The notes below the pieces were generated by a model. It saw only the letters and a program-made list of their open reading frames with translations. It did not search any database and was not told the origin of the DNA. Positions 16,615 to 26,359 of a DNA stretch of 64,000 nucleotides are shown here, one piece after another (positions within the stretch are counted from its first letter, which is position 1; each line of letters begins with the position of its first letter). The translations under genes and the position numbers were made by a program. The DNA lies in IMG/VR virus record IMGVR_UViG_3300017917_002068, positions 64,004 to 128,003 of that record, one strand, 5' to 3'. This stretch comes from a virus.

Positions 16615-17287
16615 ACTGGTATCCTATTCAAGACCCACAGAGGAATTTGCCGAGCACGGTATCACAGATGCGCAGGAACTCATCGCGTATTGCGCCCGTG
16701 TCAGCAACCCATCAAACCAATTCAATACAGAGACATCAGAGAAGCTTATCCGATATCTTATCAAACACGCACACTGGAGTCCCCTGGAGATGGTCAGTGC
16801 CTGTATGGAAATCACGACGACTAGAGATATCGCTCGTCAGATCCTCAGACACAGATCATTTAGCTTCCAAGAGTTCTCACAGCGATATGCTAATCCTGTC
16901 GAGGATCTTAATTTCGTCATTAGAGAAGCACGGTTGCAGGACGCACGAAACAGACAGAATAGTGTCGAACTGGATCTGTCAGACGCCGAACAAAGAGAAC
17001 TTAGTCGTCTATGGGAAGAAAAACAACAGGCTGTTATTAGAGCCTCTAGAGAAGCCTACACTTGGGCTGTCAATAACGGTATAGCTAAAGAGCAGGCCCG
17101 TGCTGTCTTACCAGAAGGTAATATTGAAAGTCGCTTATATATGAACGGAACCCTGCGTTCTTGGATCCATTATATCGAACTTCGTGCTGCCAATGGCACA
17201 CAAAAGGAACATATGGACATCGCTCGAGCCTGTGCCGGAGTTATTGCTGAAGTCTTTCCAATGGCTACTAGTCTAGTTAGTAATTAA
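16604..17287 (+). CDS. thyX: FAD-dependent thymidylate synthase
   Basis: HWSPLE, ThyX motif RQILRHRSFSFQEFSQRY, EQARAVLP and TQKEH. Confidence 0.95.
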   Translation: MNVKLVSYSRPTEEFAEHGITDAQELIAYCARVSNPSNQFNTETSEKLIRYLIKHAHWSPLEMVSACMEITTTRDIARQILRHRSFSFQEFSQRYANPVEDLNFVIREARLQDARNRQNSVELDLSDAEQRELSRLWEEKQQAVIRASREAYTWAVNNGIAKEQARAVLPEGNIESRLYMNGTLRSWIHYIELRAANGTQKEHMDIARACAGVIAEVFPMATSLVSN

Positions 17288-18705
17288 TAGCTTTTACACA
17301 ACTTATAAAACTCTGTCATTTCGGGGAACGTTTTTAAAAAATTCGTTCCTCGTCTTTTATCATGTTCATCAACAAATGCTGCAAAATCTTTTCTGTTTTG
17401 AATGTTATTTTCTTTTTTAATCTTCTTTTCAAACACCGATAGCAGCCGTTCTAATTTTTGAACTTCAGATTTATAAAATCCAACAGAACTGTTCCCCTTA
17501 GTTACTAACAGTCTATTCATTTTTGTTATTTGCTGTTCAATTAAAGGAATAAAATCTTCCGTTAAAATTGCTAAAGACTGATGAGGCGGATTATTAAGAT
17601 AGGGAATGTCTAACATCACCGGATGCGACCCTACTTCTGAGTTAAACAATTTATTTAAAATTCGTTTATATAAAGAAGGCTTACCATATTTTAAATTTAG
17701 TTTTAAAATATCATCTAAAAATTTATCATAAGTAGTCACCGATAGAGCATTATATGTGCTCATGATTCCTAATTTACATCCCGGTAGCTCTGTTAAAAAC
17801 TTGTTACAATTATCTAACCATAAATCATAATCTAAGCCATATCGAATATACTCCGCTGCCTTTCCATGTGCTTCACAACTAGTATAGATCATTATATTTT
17901 TTACTAATTTCTTTTCATTTATTATCTTTAGCTTAGAAATAAACTGATCAAACAGATTTTCCGGAACACAAAAATTAGAATTAATACCTAACTCTAAATT
18001 TTTATTAGGATGTTCTATAATGTAATCTAGCACCCTGAAAGTATGTTTCGATAGCAACGGTTCACCGCCAGTAATTCTGAATGTATGCAAGTCAGGATAT
18101 AAATTCGGCCACCATTCCCAGAATGCATTAACATAGGGATTATCTACCTTTTCAGGTATAGGCATTTTATTCTGAATTTCAATCCATTGTAAATTATTAT
18201 ACCGCATAGATGTTGGATACGGTCCATGCTCTTTGATTTCCTCCATCCATTTACTACTAACATCAGGCGAACAATAAGAACATTTAAAATTACAAACATT
18301 ACTAAAAGAAACTTCTAGATATTTAGGATTTACTGATTTTTTAGATCCTGCAGATAAAATATCCGGTATAAATGGACGCGACCAAGATTCAGCACTTTTT
18401 AAAACTCTATCACTTAATGGCTCACCCGCATCCTCGACCTTCCAACAATAGTCACACTCTTTAGGTTTTATACCGTCAAGCATTTGTTGGCGGATTTCTT
18501 TTTTAAATGTTGTATTATGTAGTGCGCTAGGATCTTTTGCGATTTCGGATATCGGAATTACGTGAGTTCTTGGATGATGACAACTATGCGTATGGCCTAA
18601 TCCTAGATGAATTGTTACCTGTGTCCATTTAGCAGCACAGAAACTAGGACTGATTTCATCGATTGTTTTTTTAAATCGAATCTGATCGTTGAACCATTTG
18701 TTCAT
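17284..18705 (-). CDS. Radical SAM protein with an N-terminal Twitch/SPASM-like Cys cluster
   Basis: CNFKCSYC (CxxxCxxC) and ITGGEP; N-terminal CAAKW...SCHH...CDYCW. Confidence 0.85.
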   Translation of the reverse strand: MNKWFNDQIRFKKTIDEISPSFCAAKWTQVTIHLGLGHTHSCHHPRTHVIPISEIAKDPSALHNTTFKKEIRQQMLDGIKPKECDYCWKVEDAGEPLSDRVLKSAESWSRPFIPDILSAGSKKSVNPKYLEVSFSNVCNFKCSYCSPDVSSKWMEEIKEHGPYPTSMRYNNLQWIEIQNKMPIPEKVDNPYVNAFWEWWPNLYPDLHTFRITGGEPLLSKHTFRVLDYIIEHPNKNLELGINSNFCVPENLFDQFISKLKIINEKKLVKNIMIYTSCEAHGKAAEYIRYGLDYDLWLDNCNKFLTELPGCKLGIMSTYNALSVTTYDKFLDDILKLNLKYGKPSLYKRILNKLFNSEVGSHPVMLDIPYLNNPPHQSLAILTEDFIPLIEQQITKMNRLLVTKGNSSVGFYKSEVQKLERLLSVFEKKIKKENNIQNRKDFAAFVDEHDKRRGTNFLKTFPEMTEFYKLCKSY

Positions 18706-19360
18706 ATTTGTCTTTTAGCCATTTAAAGTCATTTATTTTTTTTAATATTAGCGGTCGATTTCTATTAATAAATCCGTATTCTTTACCGAACTTAGCTCCA
18801 AGTTCAGCAAATTCAGCATAGGGAACGTTATTAAATTTAGATGTCCATATATCTAATCTATATTCGTCTTCTGAAGATCTTCTATTAGGGATGATTCCAG
18901 CACTTAGCTTTGCACATTCTCTTACAGCAGTTCGCCAAGTTTGAAACTCGCTAGTATTAAATTTATGTATGCTAAGAGTTTTATTAACAATCTGTACATG
19001 CCCAACAAACGATGTAGTAAAGTCTATAACTTCTTTTTCCACGAAAAGACTTCGTTGAAATACTTTGATTCCTCCGTGCCCATATTCTAAGTCGTTAATG
19101 GGATTACGAGATCTAAAAACGTAAATCTTATCTCTTTCTTTAACAGAGTCGTAAAAATCGTCTAACGAAAAATCTAAAAGATAATTGTCCGAATCAATTA
19201 CTACAAATTGATCAGTAAATGATTTTACAGAACAATTTTTATGAGATTGTGCGATACCATCGCTAGTATCAAAACGAGTCAATGTAGGAAATAATTTTTT
19301 AGCCCTGATAAAGTTTTCAGTAGCATTCGGATCATCGTAATTTAAAAAAAACTTTTCCAT
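18671..19360 (-). CDS. Putative GT-A glycosyltransferase (GT2-like), paralogue of 19362-20258
   Basis: FFLNYDDPNATENF, SHK, DxD motif VVIDSDN, NPINDLEYGHGGIK and WRTAVRE. Confidence 0.6.
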   Translation of the reverse strand: MEKFFLNYDDPNATENFIRAKKLFPTLTRFDTSDGIAQSHKNCSVKSFTDQFVVIDSDNYLLDFSLDDFYDSVKERDKIYVFRSRNPINDLEYGHGGIKVFQRSLFVEKEVIDFTTSFVGHVQIVNKTLSIHKFNTSEFQTWRTAVRECAKLSAGIIPNRRSSEDEYRLDIWTSKFNNVPYAEFAELGAKFGKEYGFINRNRPLILKKINDFKWLKDKYEQMVQRSDSI

Positions 19361-19361
19361 A

Positions 19362-20258
19362 TTATTTTTCCGAAAAATAAGTTTTTCCTAATTCTAAAGA
19401 CTCTGAGTATAAATCTACAACATAAGAACTTTGCTCACTGTCAAAATAGGTCCAAGTTAATCCTAATTTTGATTTAATTTCTAAACCTAAATTTTTAATC
19501 TCTAATATACATTCAGAGGGATTGGTTTCAAATTTAAAGGCTATGGCATCATATATTTCACGAAGCTTTTCGAAATCTCGAACATCATAATAATTCCAAT
19601 CAGAATCGTGCAACATCAAGGATCCTTGCCTAGCTCCTAACATAGAATATATTCCATTTTTAGAATGAGAGCCGACACATGACCAAATTCTAAGTCTGTG
19701 CAAATTATGCCAATATACTTCCGTTCGAATATTTTTAGGTTCTACTCGAACTCCTTTTTTCGTAAGCATTTTTACACCTTCACGGAATCCTGCTCGCCAT
19801 GCTTGATACGGAGTTTCATTGATGATACTATCGCTAAAAACTCTAGGAAAGTTTTTATAACCATTTTCCCAACAGAAATCTATCTGAGCTTCCGGCGATT
19901 CCGCATCTTCGTGGGTTCTCATGGCTTTAACAAAATCTTTATTCCAAATTTTTATTCCGCCATTACCATATAATAATCCGTTTATAACATTACGACCGCA
20001 CCAACTATAAACCTTAATGTCGGGATTATCTGATAATTCCAATTTTAAAAAACTTTCATATATTTGATTATCGCCGTCAATGGTCACAAACCAATCAGTA
20101 TCTGCTAGATCAGCAGCGGCTTTGTGAGCAGCATCACTGCCTTTAACTCCATGTACCCGTTTTACCCAAGGTACTTTATTAGAAATATCAGCAAAATTTA
20201 TTTCAGCGTTAGGTTCATCGTAGCTGATAAAAACAAAATCTAGATCAGTTACTTTCAT
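19362..20258 (-). CDS. Putative GT-A glycosyltransferase (GT2-like)
   Basis: FISYDEPNAEINF, RVHGVKGSDAAHK, DxD motif VTIDGDN, NVINGLLYGNGGIK and AWRAGFRE. Confidence 0.65.
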   Translation of the reverse strand: MKVTDLDFVFISYDEPNAEINFADISNKVPWVKRVHGVKGSDAAHKAAADLADTDWFVTIDGDNQIYESFLKLELSDNPDIKVYSWCGRNVINGLLYGNGGIKIWNKDFVKAMRTHEDAESPEAQIDFCWENGYKNFPRVFSDSIINETPYQAWRAGFREGVKMLTKKGVRVEPKNIRTEVYWHNLHRLRIWSCVGSHSKNGIYSMLGARQGSLMLHDSDWNYYDVRDFEKLREIYDAIAFKFETNPSECILEIKNLGLEIKSKLGLTWTYFDSEQSSYVVDLYSESLELGKTYFSEK

Positions 20259-20851
20259 TCTATATAATATCCATAATTTTTAAATGTCTTCCTGGTATAA
20301 AAACTAAATTTCATTTTAAACAAAACATCGATATCTATTTTGTTGATCGGAACCGAGATTTCGTTATTATCATTAAAATCGTCGAAATTAAAATAAAAAG
20401 ATTCATAAAGAAAATTAATATCATTTAATCTTGTAGCATATAATCTTATACTGTTTTGCTTTTTATTTTTAATCTCGGAAAGATTTCCATTATACTTCAT
20501 TACTAAGTAAGGCGAATTATCTATCGAGCATATTCTAAAAACAACTTCTAAAAAATTTAAAGATGTTTTGTTTATTTTTTGTATCTGAAAAAATTTATTA
20601 TATTCGGGTTCAAAAGTTACATCGAATTTATCTAAAACTTTTAGAAATTTACTTTCAGTATCAATTTTATAATTAGTAAATTTTTTCTTGTGTTCGATAA
20701 AATCTTTATATAGAGGAAGATACTCTTCGGTAACTTCAGAAAACCATTCATTAATATTAATATATTTTTCAGGATATGACGTTGAGAAAGACCTCAGATT
20801 ACCGTTGTTTTTATCATAGATAAAATAAAATTTAGGTGTATCAGATATCAT
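20255..20851 (-). CDS. Hypothetical protein
   Basis: 198-aa, very AT-rich ORF with ATGA overlaps on both sides. Confidence 0.7.
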   Translation of the reverse strand: MISDTPKFYFIYDKNNGNLRSFSTSYPEKYININEWFSEVTEEYLPLYKDFIEHKKKFTNYKIDTESKFLKVLDKFDVTFEPEYNKFFQIQKINKTSLNFLEVVFRICSIDNSPYLVMKYNGNLSEIKNKKQNSIRLYATRLNDINFLYESFYFNFDDFNDNNEISVPINKIDIDVLFKMKFSFYTRKTFKNYGYYIE

Positions 20852-21696
20852 AACTTAAAATTTTCTCTTAATTTTAAATCATACATTTCAATAATTTTAG
20901 AAAAATCAAGATCCTTTTCTACATAGTGTATAATGTCCATTTGTGAAAAAGATCCTATTTTGTAATCATCGACATTGTTAAAATAAAATCCTAAATCTAA
21001 ATCCCATTTTGAAATATTCGACTTAAAATTTTGTACCATAGGTTTCATATGTACTATCTTAGGAAACTCTAAAGGATAAGATATTGTGTCAGCCAAATCT
21101 AAAATCTTAGCCGACAATGAAAAAATTTCATCAGTTCCCATTTCTGGGGGTCGAGGATCATCTAAAAATACATTACAAAATTGTTCCTTATCTTCTGTAA
21201 TTCCCTGTACCAAGTTAAAAAAAGAATCTACTAGTAATGATTCTTTTTTAAAGAACGTATATCCAGAATAAAGATTAGGCAGCTTATTAGGAGAATATGT
21301 TCTCCTGTAATAGTCACTGGTTACAACATCGCCCCGATATGTATAAACTTTAGAAGGAATATAGAGATCTGTATTTTCAACAAAATGGTCAATCCAATGA
21401 CTAGTATCTCTTAGAAATATCATATCTGCATCTAAACATACAGTATGCTTCCATGGAGATATTTTATTCATATAAGACCTACCATCCCAGTGAGATTTTT
21501 TATCCCAATATTCGACTTTATCAAATACCCAGGAAGTTTTAAAAAGATCTAACTTTTCTTGAGAATCGGTTATTAATGCTACATTATCATAACCTTGCTT
21601 TTGTGTTCTTTTTATAGAAAGAGCCAACAAATAAGCCATTAAATGATAATCATGTTTTTCATGATTCGAAACAACTATAAGATATCCAAAACTCAT
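20848..21696 (-). CDS. Putative GT-A glycosyltransferase (GT8-like)
   Basis: GYLIV...LALSIK, SPWKHTVCLDADMIF (DxD), GTDE and VHMK. Confidence 0.65.
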   Translation of the reverse strand: MSFGYLIVVSNHEKHDYHLMAYLLALSIKRTQKQGYDNVALITDSQEKLDLFKTSWVFDKVEYWDKKSHWDGRSYMNKISPWKHTVCLDADMIFLRDTSHWIDHFVENTDLYIPSKVYTYRGDVVTSDYYRRTYSPNKLPNLYSGYTFFKKESLLVDSFFNLVQGITEDKEQFCNVFLDDPRPPEMGTDEIFSLSAKILDLADTISYPLEFPKIVHMKPMVQNFKSNISKWDLDLGFYFNNVDDYKIGSFSQMDIIHYVEKDLDFSKIIEMYDLKLRENFKL

Positions 21697-22511
21697 GATA
21701 GTAGTTCATCCTTGAAATTTAAAATGTCTAACTTATTCATCAAGTGAATGTCCGAGTCTTGTATAGTCAGTATTGAATCGTTTCCTTTTAATAATAATTT
21801 AAACTTTGAATCCTTTACCGATATTATTTTTTCTTCTTGTAAAGAAAAGTTTAAAGGCGGAAGAGAAATTCTATTAGTATCTTGACAATATAACATGTGT
21901 TCAGCTATCGTGAATGCTATATCGTTTCTGTACTGAAAGGGGATAAAGTTGTATATGTCTGAATAATAAACATAATTTTCTTTGATATGTTTAACAAGAT
22001 CGAAAAAAATTTCTGCCGACGGAGACTTGTCGAACATGATAGCAGTAGCCCATTTTAATCGGGGGCCGATATCAGATATTTTTAAGTCCGGATCTTCTAA
22101 TCTATGTCCTGCATGATCAATCATCGATTCACATAGAATAACATCTTGATCAATTTCCCAATATTGGTTAAACCTATCTGTATAGATTAGTAAATCCGAG
22201 TCAATTAATAAAGTTTTATCGTACGGAGTTAAACGAAACACATCTGGTCTGTTAAAGTTTAAAAAATTATCAACAACTTTACCGTCGATCGTTCGAATAT
22301 TTCCAGACTCGGGTTTTTCAGTAACTATAATCTTGTCAAATTCTTGATTAACATCAAAATTAGATTTTAAATTTTCTAGTGTATGTGAATCAGTAACTAG
22401 CGAAACAGGAGTTGCTAAATGTTTTCGAGCTAGCCTGGCTGATATAACAGAGATGGTAGAATAGGAAATTTGCTCATTGTCATGAGCGACTATTAGTATT
22501 CCTCTATTCAT
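21693..22511 (-). CDS. Putative GT-A glycosyltransferase (GT8-like), paralogue of 20848-21696
   Basis: RGILIVA, TPYDKTLLIDSDLL (DxD), YRND and IHLMNK. Confidence 0.65.
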   Translation of the reverse strand: MNRGILIVAHDNEQISYSTISVISARLARKHLATPVSLVTDSHTLENLKSNFDVNQEFDKIIVTEKPESGNIRTIDGKVVDNFLNFNRPDVFRLTPYDKTLLIDSDLLIYTDRFNQYWEIDQDVILCESMIDHAGHRLEDPDLKISDIGPRLKWATAIMFDKSPSAEIFFDLVKHIKENYVYYSDIYNFIPFQYRNDIAFTIAEHMLYCQDTNRISLPPLNFSLQEEKIISVKDSKFKLLLKGNDSILTIQDSDIHLMNKLDILNFKDELLS

Positions 22512-22858
22512 AGTTTGCTTAGATCTTTAACTGATCGGGCTTTTTTTAATTCTTCTACTTTATCTACATAGGAATAGGTTGCAGAAAAATATCTATCCAA
22601 TATTGTAGAATGGAATTCTACAACATTTTTAATTATCGTTGGATTTTTATTTGCGTCAAGTACTGGAACATTTTCAATCCTATCACTGTCAATTAAAAAT
22701 TTAGTAAAATTGATTAAACTTTGATCAATTTTAAAAATTCCGCCGTTATACCCAAAAGTAAGATCTGAATCTAATTTTTCTTTCAAATATTGACGTTGTA
22801 CTGTTAAAGATTTATGGTAGTCTGCGAATTCAAGAGCCGATTGTATTTTTTCATTCAT
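22508..22858 (-). CDS. Conserved phage hypothetical protein
   Basis: 116 aa; first gene of the glycosyltransferase operon. Confidence 0.75.
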   Translation of the reverse strand: MNEKIQSALEFADYHKSLTVQRQYLKEKLDSDLTFGYNGGIFKIDQSLINFTKFLIDSDRIENVPVLDANKNPTIIKNVVEFHSTILDRYFSATYSYVDKVEELKKARSVKDLSKL

Positions 22859-22864
22859 AACTAT

Positions 22865-22893
22865 ATCCTAACATATTATATATGTTATGTCAA
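22865..22893 (-). promoter_or_regulatory. Sigma70-type promoter TTGACA-17-TGtTAGGAT, 6 nt before the ATG at 22858
   Basis: The minus strand reads TTGACA taacatatataatatgt TAGGAT atagtt ATG. Confidence 0.55.
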
Positions 22894-22907
22894 GAGGCAT
22901 GAAGAAA

Positions 22908-24065
22908 TTATGAAGCAGTAATTGAAGTTGGAGCTATAACTATCGAAGAGAATGGATAAGATAATTCAATGTCATTTCTTGTATAATAAAATATGTAAGC
23001 GATACTAACATCTGCTGTTACTGCTTCGGCAAAAATATTAGCATGAGCATCTACCAATGTAATATCAAATCGGATACGTCTTTCAGTGATAGCTCTATGA
23101 GTTATTCTTAGATAATTGGTTGCATATGCGCCTGTTCCGGTTCTTTCAAATATGATTCTATCAACAGAGTCGGCACTATAAAATCCAGCAGTCGTCCAGG
23201 TACCTGGTCTATTACCCATATTGGCATTACTATCTGCGCCGTAATTAACCGGAGTATTATCTAAAATTGCTGCCCAGGATAAATCTTTGAGTCTATTATT
23301 ACCGGCCGATTGAGCGGCGCCTGCATTAATATCAAATTGAACATATCCGCCCGTATTAAAATACTGTCTAGCTGCGTCTCTGCTAGGCCATTCAACTTCG
23401 AGCCTAAAAGATAAGGTTCCGGTCCAGTTAGCAGTAAAGTTTGCAGGACTTGAACCTGGTTGATTTGAGAAGAAATCGCCTAGAAAATATTTTTGGGTGG
23501 CACAGGTATTAGCTAGAGTAAAGAATGCATCATATACATTATAGTTTATAGGTGTTCCTCTAACTAATACCGGCAATTCACCTGCAGCAGTTCCGTTAGC
23601 AACTTCAAACCCAGTCTGATGTTTTCTAACTTTAGCCAGATCAGTACGTAACCTATTAAATTGATTAGCCGATACAACAAACTGTTGAATGCGACCAGTT
23701 TGTCCTGTTTGCCATGCTGAATATTCTCTAGTATCTATGTTAATTATAAATGTAAATGTAGTCACCGAAACAACCACAGCATATTTGTCGTTTAACTGCG
23801 TCATTCCAGCACCGATACTATCGATGTAGATAATTTCTCCGGATACTAAATTATGAGCAGTTGATGTTGTTACTGTTGCCTGCGAAGCATTAGAAACCTG
23901 TGATATAACAGCAGACGAAAATGGATATTGTTCAGAAACAATAACAGTCTGTCCATAACCTGTTCCAATAGGAATTGAACCTGATTGTGGTCCTATCAAA
24001 GATGCTATTGTTGTTTGAATTGCATTATATTCTGAAAATAAAATTGGTGACCCAAGACTTGCCAT
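22908..24065 (-). CDS. Putative virion/tail-associated structural protein
   Basis: Lies in the fibre operon; GYGQ motif, beta-rich insert ATVTTSTAHNLVSGEIIYI and ARQYFNTGG. Confidence 0.65.
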   Translation of the reverse strand: MASLGSPILFSEYNAIQTTIASLIGPQSGSIPIGTGYGQTVIVSEQYPFSSAVISQVSNASQATVTTSTAHNLVSGEIIYIDSIGAGMTQLNDKYAVVVSVTTFTFIINIDTREYSAWQTGQTGRIQQFVVSANQFNRLRTDLAKVRKHQTGFEVANGTAAGELPVLVRGTPINYNVYDAFFTLANTCATQKYFLGDFFSNQPGSSPANFTANWTGTLSFRLEVEWPSRDAARQYFNTGGYVQFDINAGAAQSAGNNRLKDLSWAAILDNTPVNYGADSNANMGNRPGTWTTAGFYSADSVDRIIFERTGTGAYATNYLRITHRAITERRIRFDITLVDAHANIFAEAVTADVSIAYIFYYTRNDIELSYPFSSIVIAPTSITAS

Positions 24066-24074
24066 TTTTTATCC

Positions 24075-25859
24075 TTATAGTATTATCGCTTCGACTAATT
24101 TAATGTCAGTAGATTCATTAGATTCTAACGAAATAGCGAATACATCGCCAGTCTGGTGATGTGTTGCAGCAATAGCATAGCCTGTGTCTGTCGCTACTAA
24201 ACGTTGTCCTTTTTTAACAGATCCGATTACTTTCACTGGAACTCGACCTTTTAATGCAACTGCTTGTCCTTCGGCTTCAGAATTCATTAAATATGCAGGA
24301 TTTGCAGAAATAACTCCTATCGCTCTATCACCAAATTTAGCTGCTGTCACTTCCTGTTCTCCACCTACGCTGATTACGGTCCCTACTTCATAGTCTTTAT
24401 CAGTTTTATATATTTCAGCAAGGTCAGCATAGTTAGCAGATGTGGCTGTTCCGTTGAAGAATCTAGCTTCAACATCACCAGCTAAATTTCTAAGTACTAC
24501 TGAATTTGGAATTTTATTAATTGACGGGGTTTTTCCGTCTAATTTTAAAGCGTCTGAAGCTATTCCATCAAATTGAATAGCTTTAATCACTCCGCTAGCA
24601 TCTCTAATTGGAATAGTAACTCCAGTGGGATTTGATTCAGACGAAGGAAGATAACCAGCTAATCTCAGAGAATCTAAAGAACTTCCAGATTGGCCTGAAC
24701 AATCTCCTACTACGTTTCCGACTAGATTACCGTTGAATATTTTATTAACAGAATCGTATGCAGTTTGCCCAGATGAATCTCGTAAATTTCCTTGATGAAT
24801 TCCTGTAGTGTTTCCTGTTACATTTCCTGTTAAATTACCAAACAGACTAGTTCCATGAATTTCTTTCCAGGTACGAAGTGCTGATCCTAAACTAACTCTA
24901 TTAGTTTGTCCTGGGGCAATAGTTACCGCAGGATATGCTGTAGCCAATGCTCCTGTAAAAGCAGTTCTTGTGATGATAAACATATCATCGAAATCTTCAG
25001 TAGAACCTGCATTACTGATTCGAACTCTAATAGGTCCGTTATTTAAATTTTGTATAATAGGAGAAGAACTAGCAATACTGATGCCTAGATCATTTCTATC
25101 GCCAACAGTTAGACCTGCATCAGAAAAAGAAGTTCTTGAAGTAAAACCAACATTATTACCAGACCGTAACACGTATTGGCTAGCTGGTTGGCCGCCCAAT
25201 CTATCAGAATCTGTAGCTGTACCGTAAAATTTAAAATTACCTTGGCTACGTCCCGTAGATGACGAAACTGAATTTAGTGTTACTCCTGGAGAGACTCTGT
25301 TATCCGCTGCGGAAAAACCGCTGATCTGATTAGTGTCTGATAGGCTAAAAGCAGCATCATTACTGAATATCGCTGTTGTAACACCATTTACTACAGCTCT
25401 TAATATAACATGAGATCCGCCTTGAGTATCTTTTACCGTTTGTGTGATTAATTGAGATGTACCAAAACCTGGAGCACTCTGAGGACCAACTAGAACAAAT
25501 GTAGAACCTGTCCATACTGATACTTGGCTGGTCGTCGAATCATACCAAAGATCACCTTGTGTTAAACCTGTAGGAGGTGTTTCAGAAACTTCTGGGCCCG
25601 ACGCTGTTTTAAATTTTAATCCGTCATAAAACTTTAGTTTTTTAGTTCCACTGTCATACCAAATTTGACCAGTGATTGGTTTGCTAGGCGGAATAGTATT
25701 AGAAAAGTTTTCTAAAAGATACAAAAAGTTTTCATTTTGTACTTCGCCGTATCCAGCATAATTTTGTCCGATAAATCTTAGATCGGTTGAATTATCAACC
25801 GTGCCCGGAGCTACACTGGTTAAAAAAGTTCCATTATATCTATCTACTCTGTATGACAT
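24075..25859 (-). CDS. Tail fibre paralogue 5 with a C-terminal intramolecular-chaperone-like domain
   Basis: Shared N-module (GQNYAGYGEVQNENFLYLLENF, GQIWYD); C-terminal YADLAEIY...IGVISANPAYLMN...VALKGRVPVKV. Confidence 0.75.
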   Translation of the reverse strand: MSYRVDRYNGTFLTSVAPGTVDNSTDLRFIGQNYAGYGEVQNENFLYLLENFSNTIPPSKPITGQIWYDSGTKKLKFYDGLKFKTASGPEVSETPPTGLTQGDLWYDSTTSQVSVWTGSTFVLVGPQSAPGFGTSQLITQTVKDTQGGSHVILRAVVNGVTTAIFSNDAAFSLSDTNQISGFSAADNRVSPGVTLNSVSSSTGRSQGNFKFYGTATDSDRLGGQPASQYVLRSGNNVGFTSRTSFSDAGLTVGDRNDLGISIASSSPIIQNLNNGPIRVRISNAGSTEDFDDMFIITRTAFTGALATAYPAVTIAPGQTNRVSLGSALRTWKEIHGTSLFGNLTGNVTGNTTGIHQGNLRDSSGQTAYDSVNKIFNGNLVGNVVGDCSGQSGSSLDSLRLAGYLPSSESNPTGVTIPIRDASGVIKAIQFDGIASDALKLDGKTPSINKIPNSVVLRNLAGDVEARFFNGTATSANYADLAEIYKTDKDYEVGTVISVGGEQEVTAAKFGDRAIGVISANPAYLMNSEAEGQAVALKGRVPVKVIGSVKKGQRLVATDTGYAIAATHHQTGDVFAISLESNESTDIKLVEAIIL

Positions 25860-25877
25860 GGTTATTTCCGTTTCGTT

Positions 25878-25884
25878 TATTTAT
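25878..25884 (-). promoter_or_regulatory. Putative late promoter ATAAATA
   Basis: Intergenic ccgATAAATA on the minus strand, upstream of the 25859 start. Confidence 0.55.
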
Positions 25885-25893
25885 CGGTAAATT

Positions 25894-26358
25894 TTACTCT
25901 AAAGTTTGTCTTTTTAAAGCCATTTCTTTTTCTTCTTCTAAAGAAACCCAGGTATAAGCTTCGGTATTATTTGCATAAACTTGTTTTTGCTCTTGATACT
26001 GAGATCTAACTGTATCTAAATAATCCTTTAATTCTATAAATTCTGGGGTTTTTTCTATATTTGATCGAGCTAACATGTCTAAAATTATATTAATTTGTGT
26101 ATGTATAGGAAATCTATCTAATACAGTTACATTGGTGTTATATCGAATATAAGACTCAGTTATTAAAGGTTTATCTGCTTTAGATCTAATCTCCCCTGTA
26201 GCGAAATCACCGTACCAGTAGTCTCCTCTGATTGGATCTATATCTACTGTTTTTACAAGAAAGTTAGTTAGATCTAATTTAGACTTATCTGTTTCTTGAG
26301 GAATTTCTCCAAGAAAAACTCCAGTGCTTTTTAAAAATAATAAATCTACTGTTTTCAT
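25894..26358 (-). CDS. Hypothetical protein, possibly a fibre-assembly accessory
   Basis: 154 aa between fibre genes; AGGA RBS. Confidence 0.65.
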   Translation of the reverse strand: MKTVDLLFLKSTGVFLGEIPQETDKSKLDLTNFLVKTVDIDPIRGDYWYGDFATGEIRSKADKPLITESYIRYNTNVTVLDRFPIHTQINIILDMLARSNIEKTPEFIELKDYLDTVRSQYQEQKQVYANNTEAYTWVSLEEEKEMALKRQTLE

Positions 26359-26359
26359 T

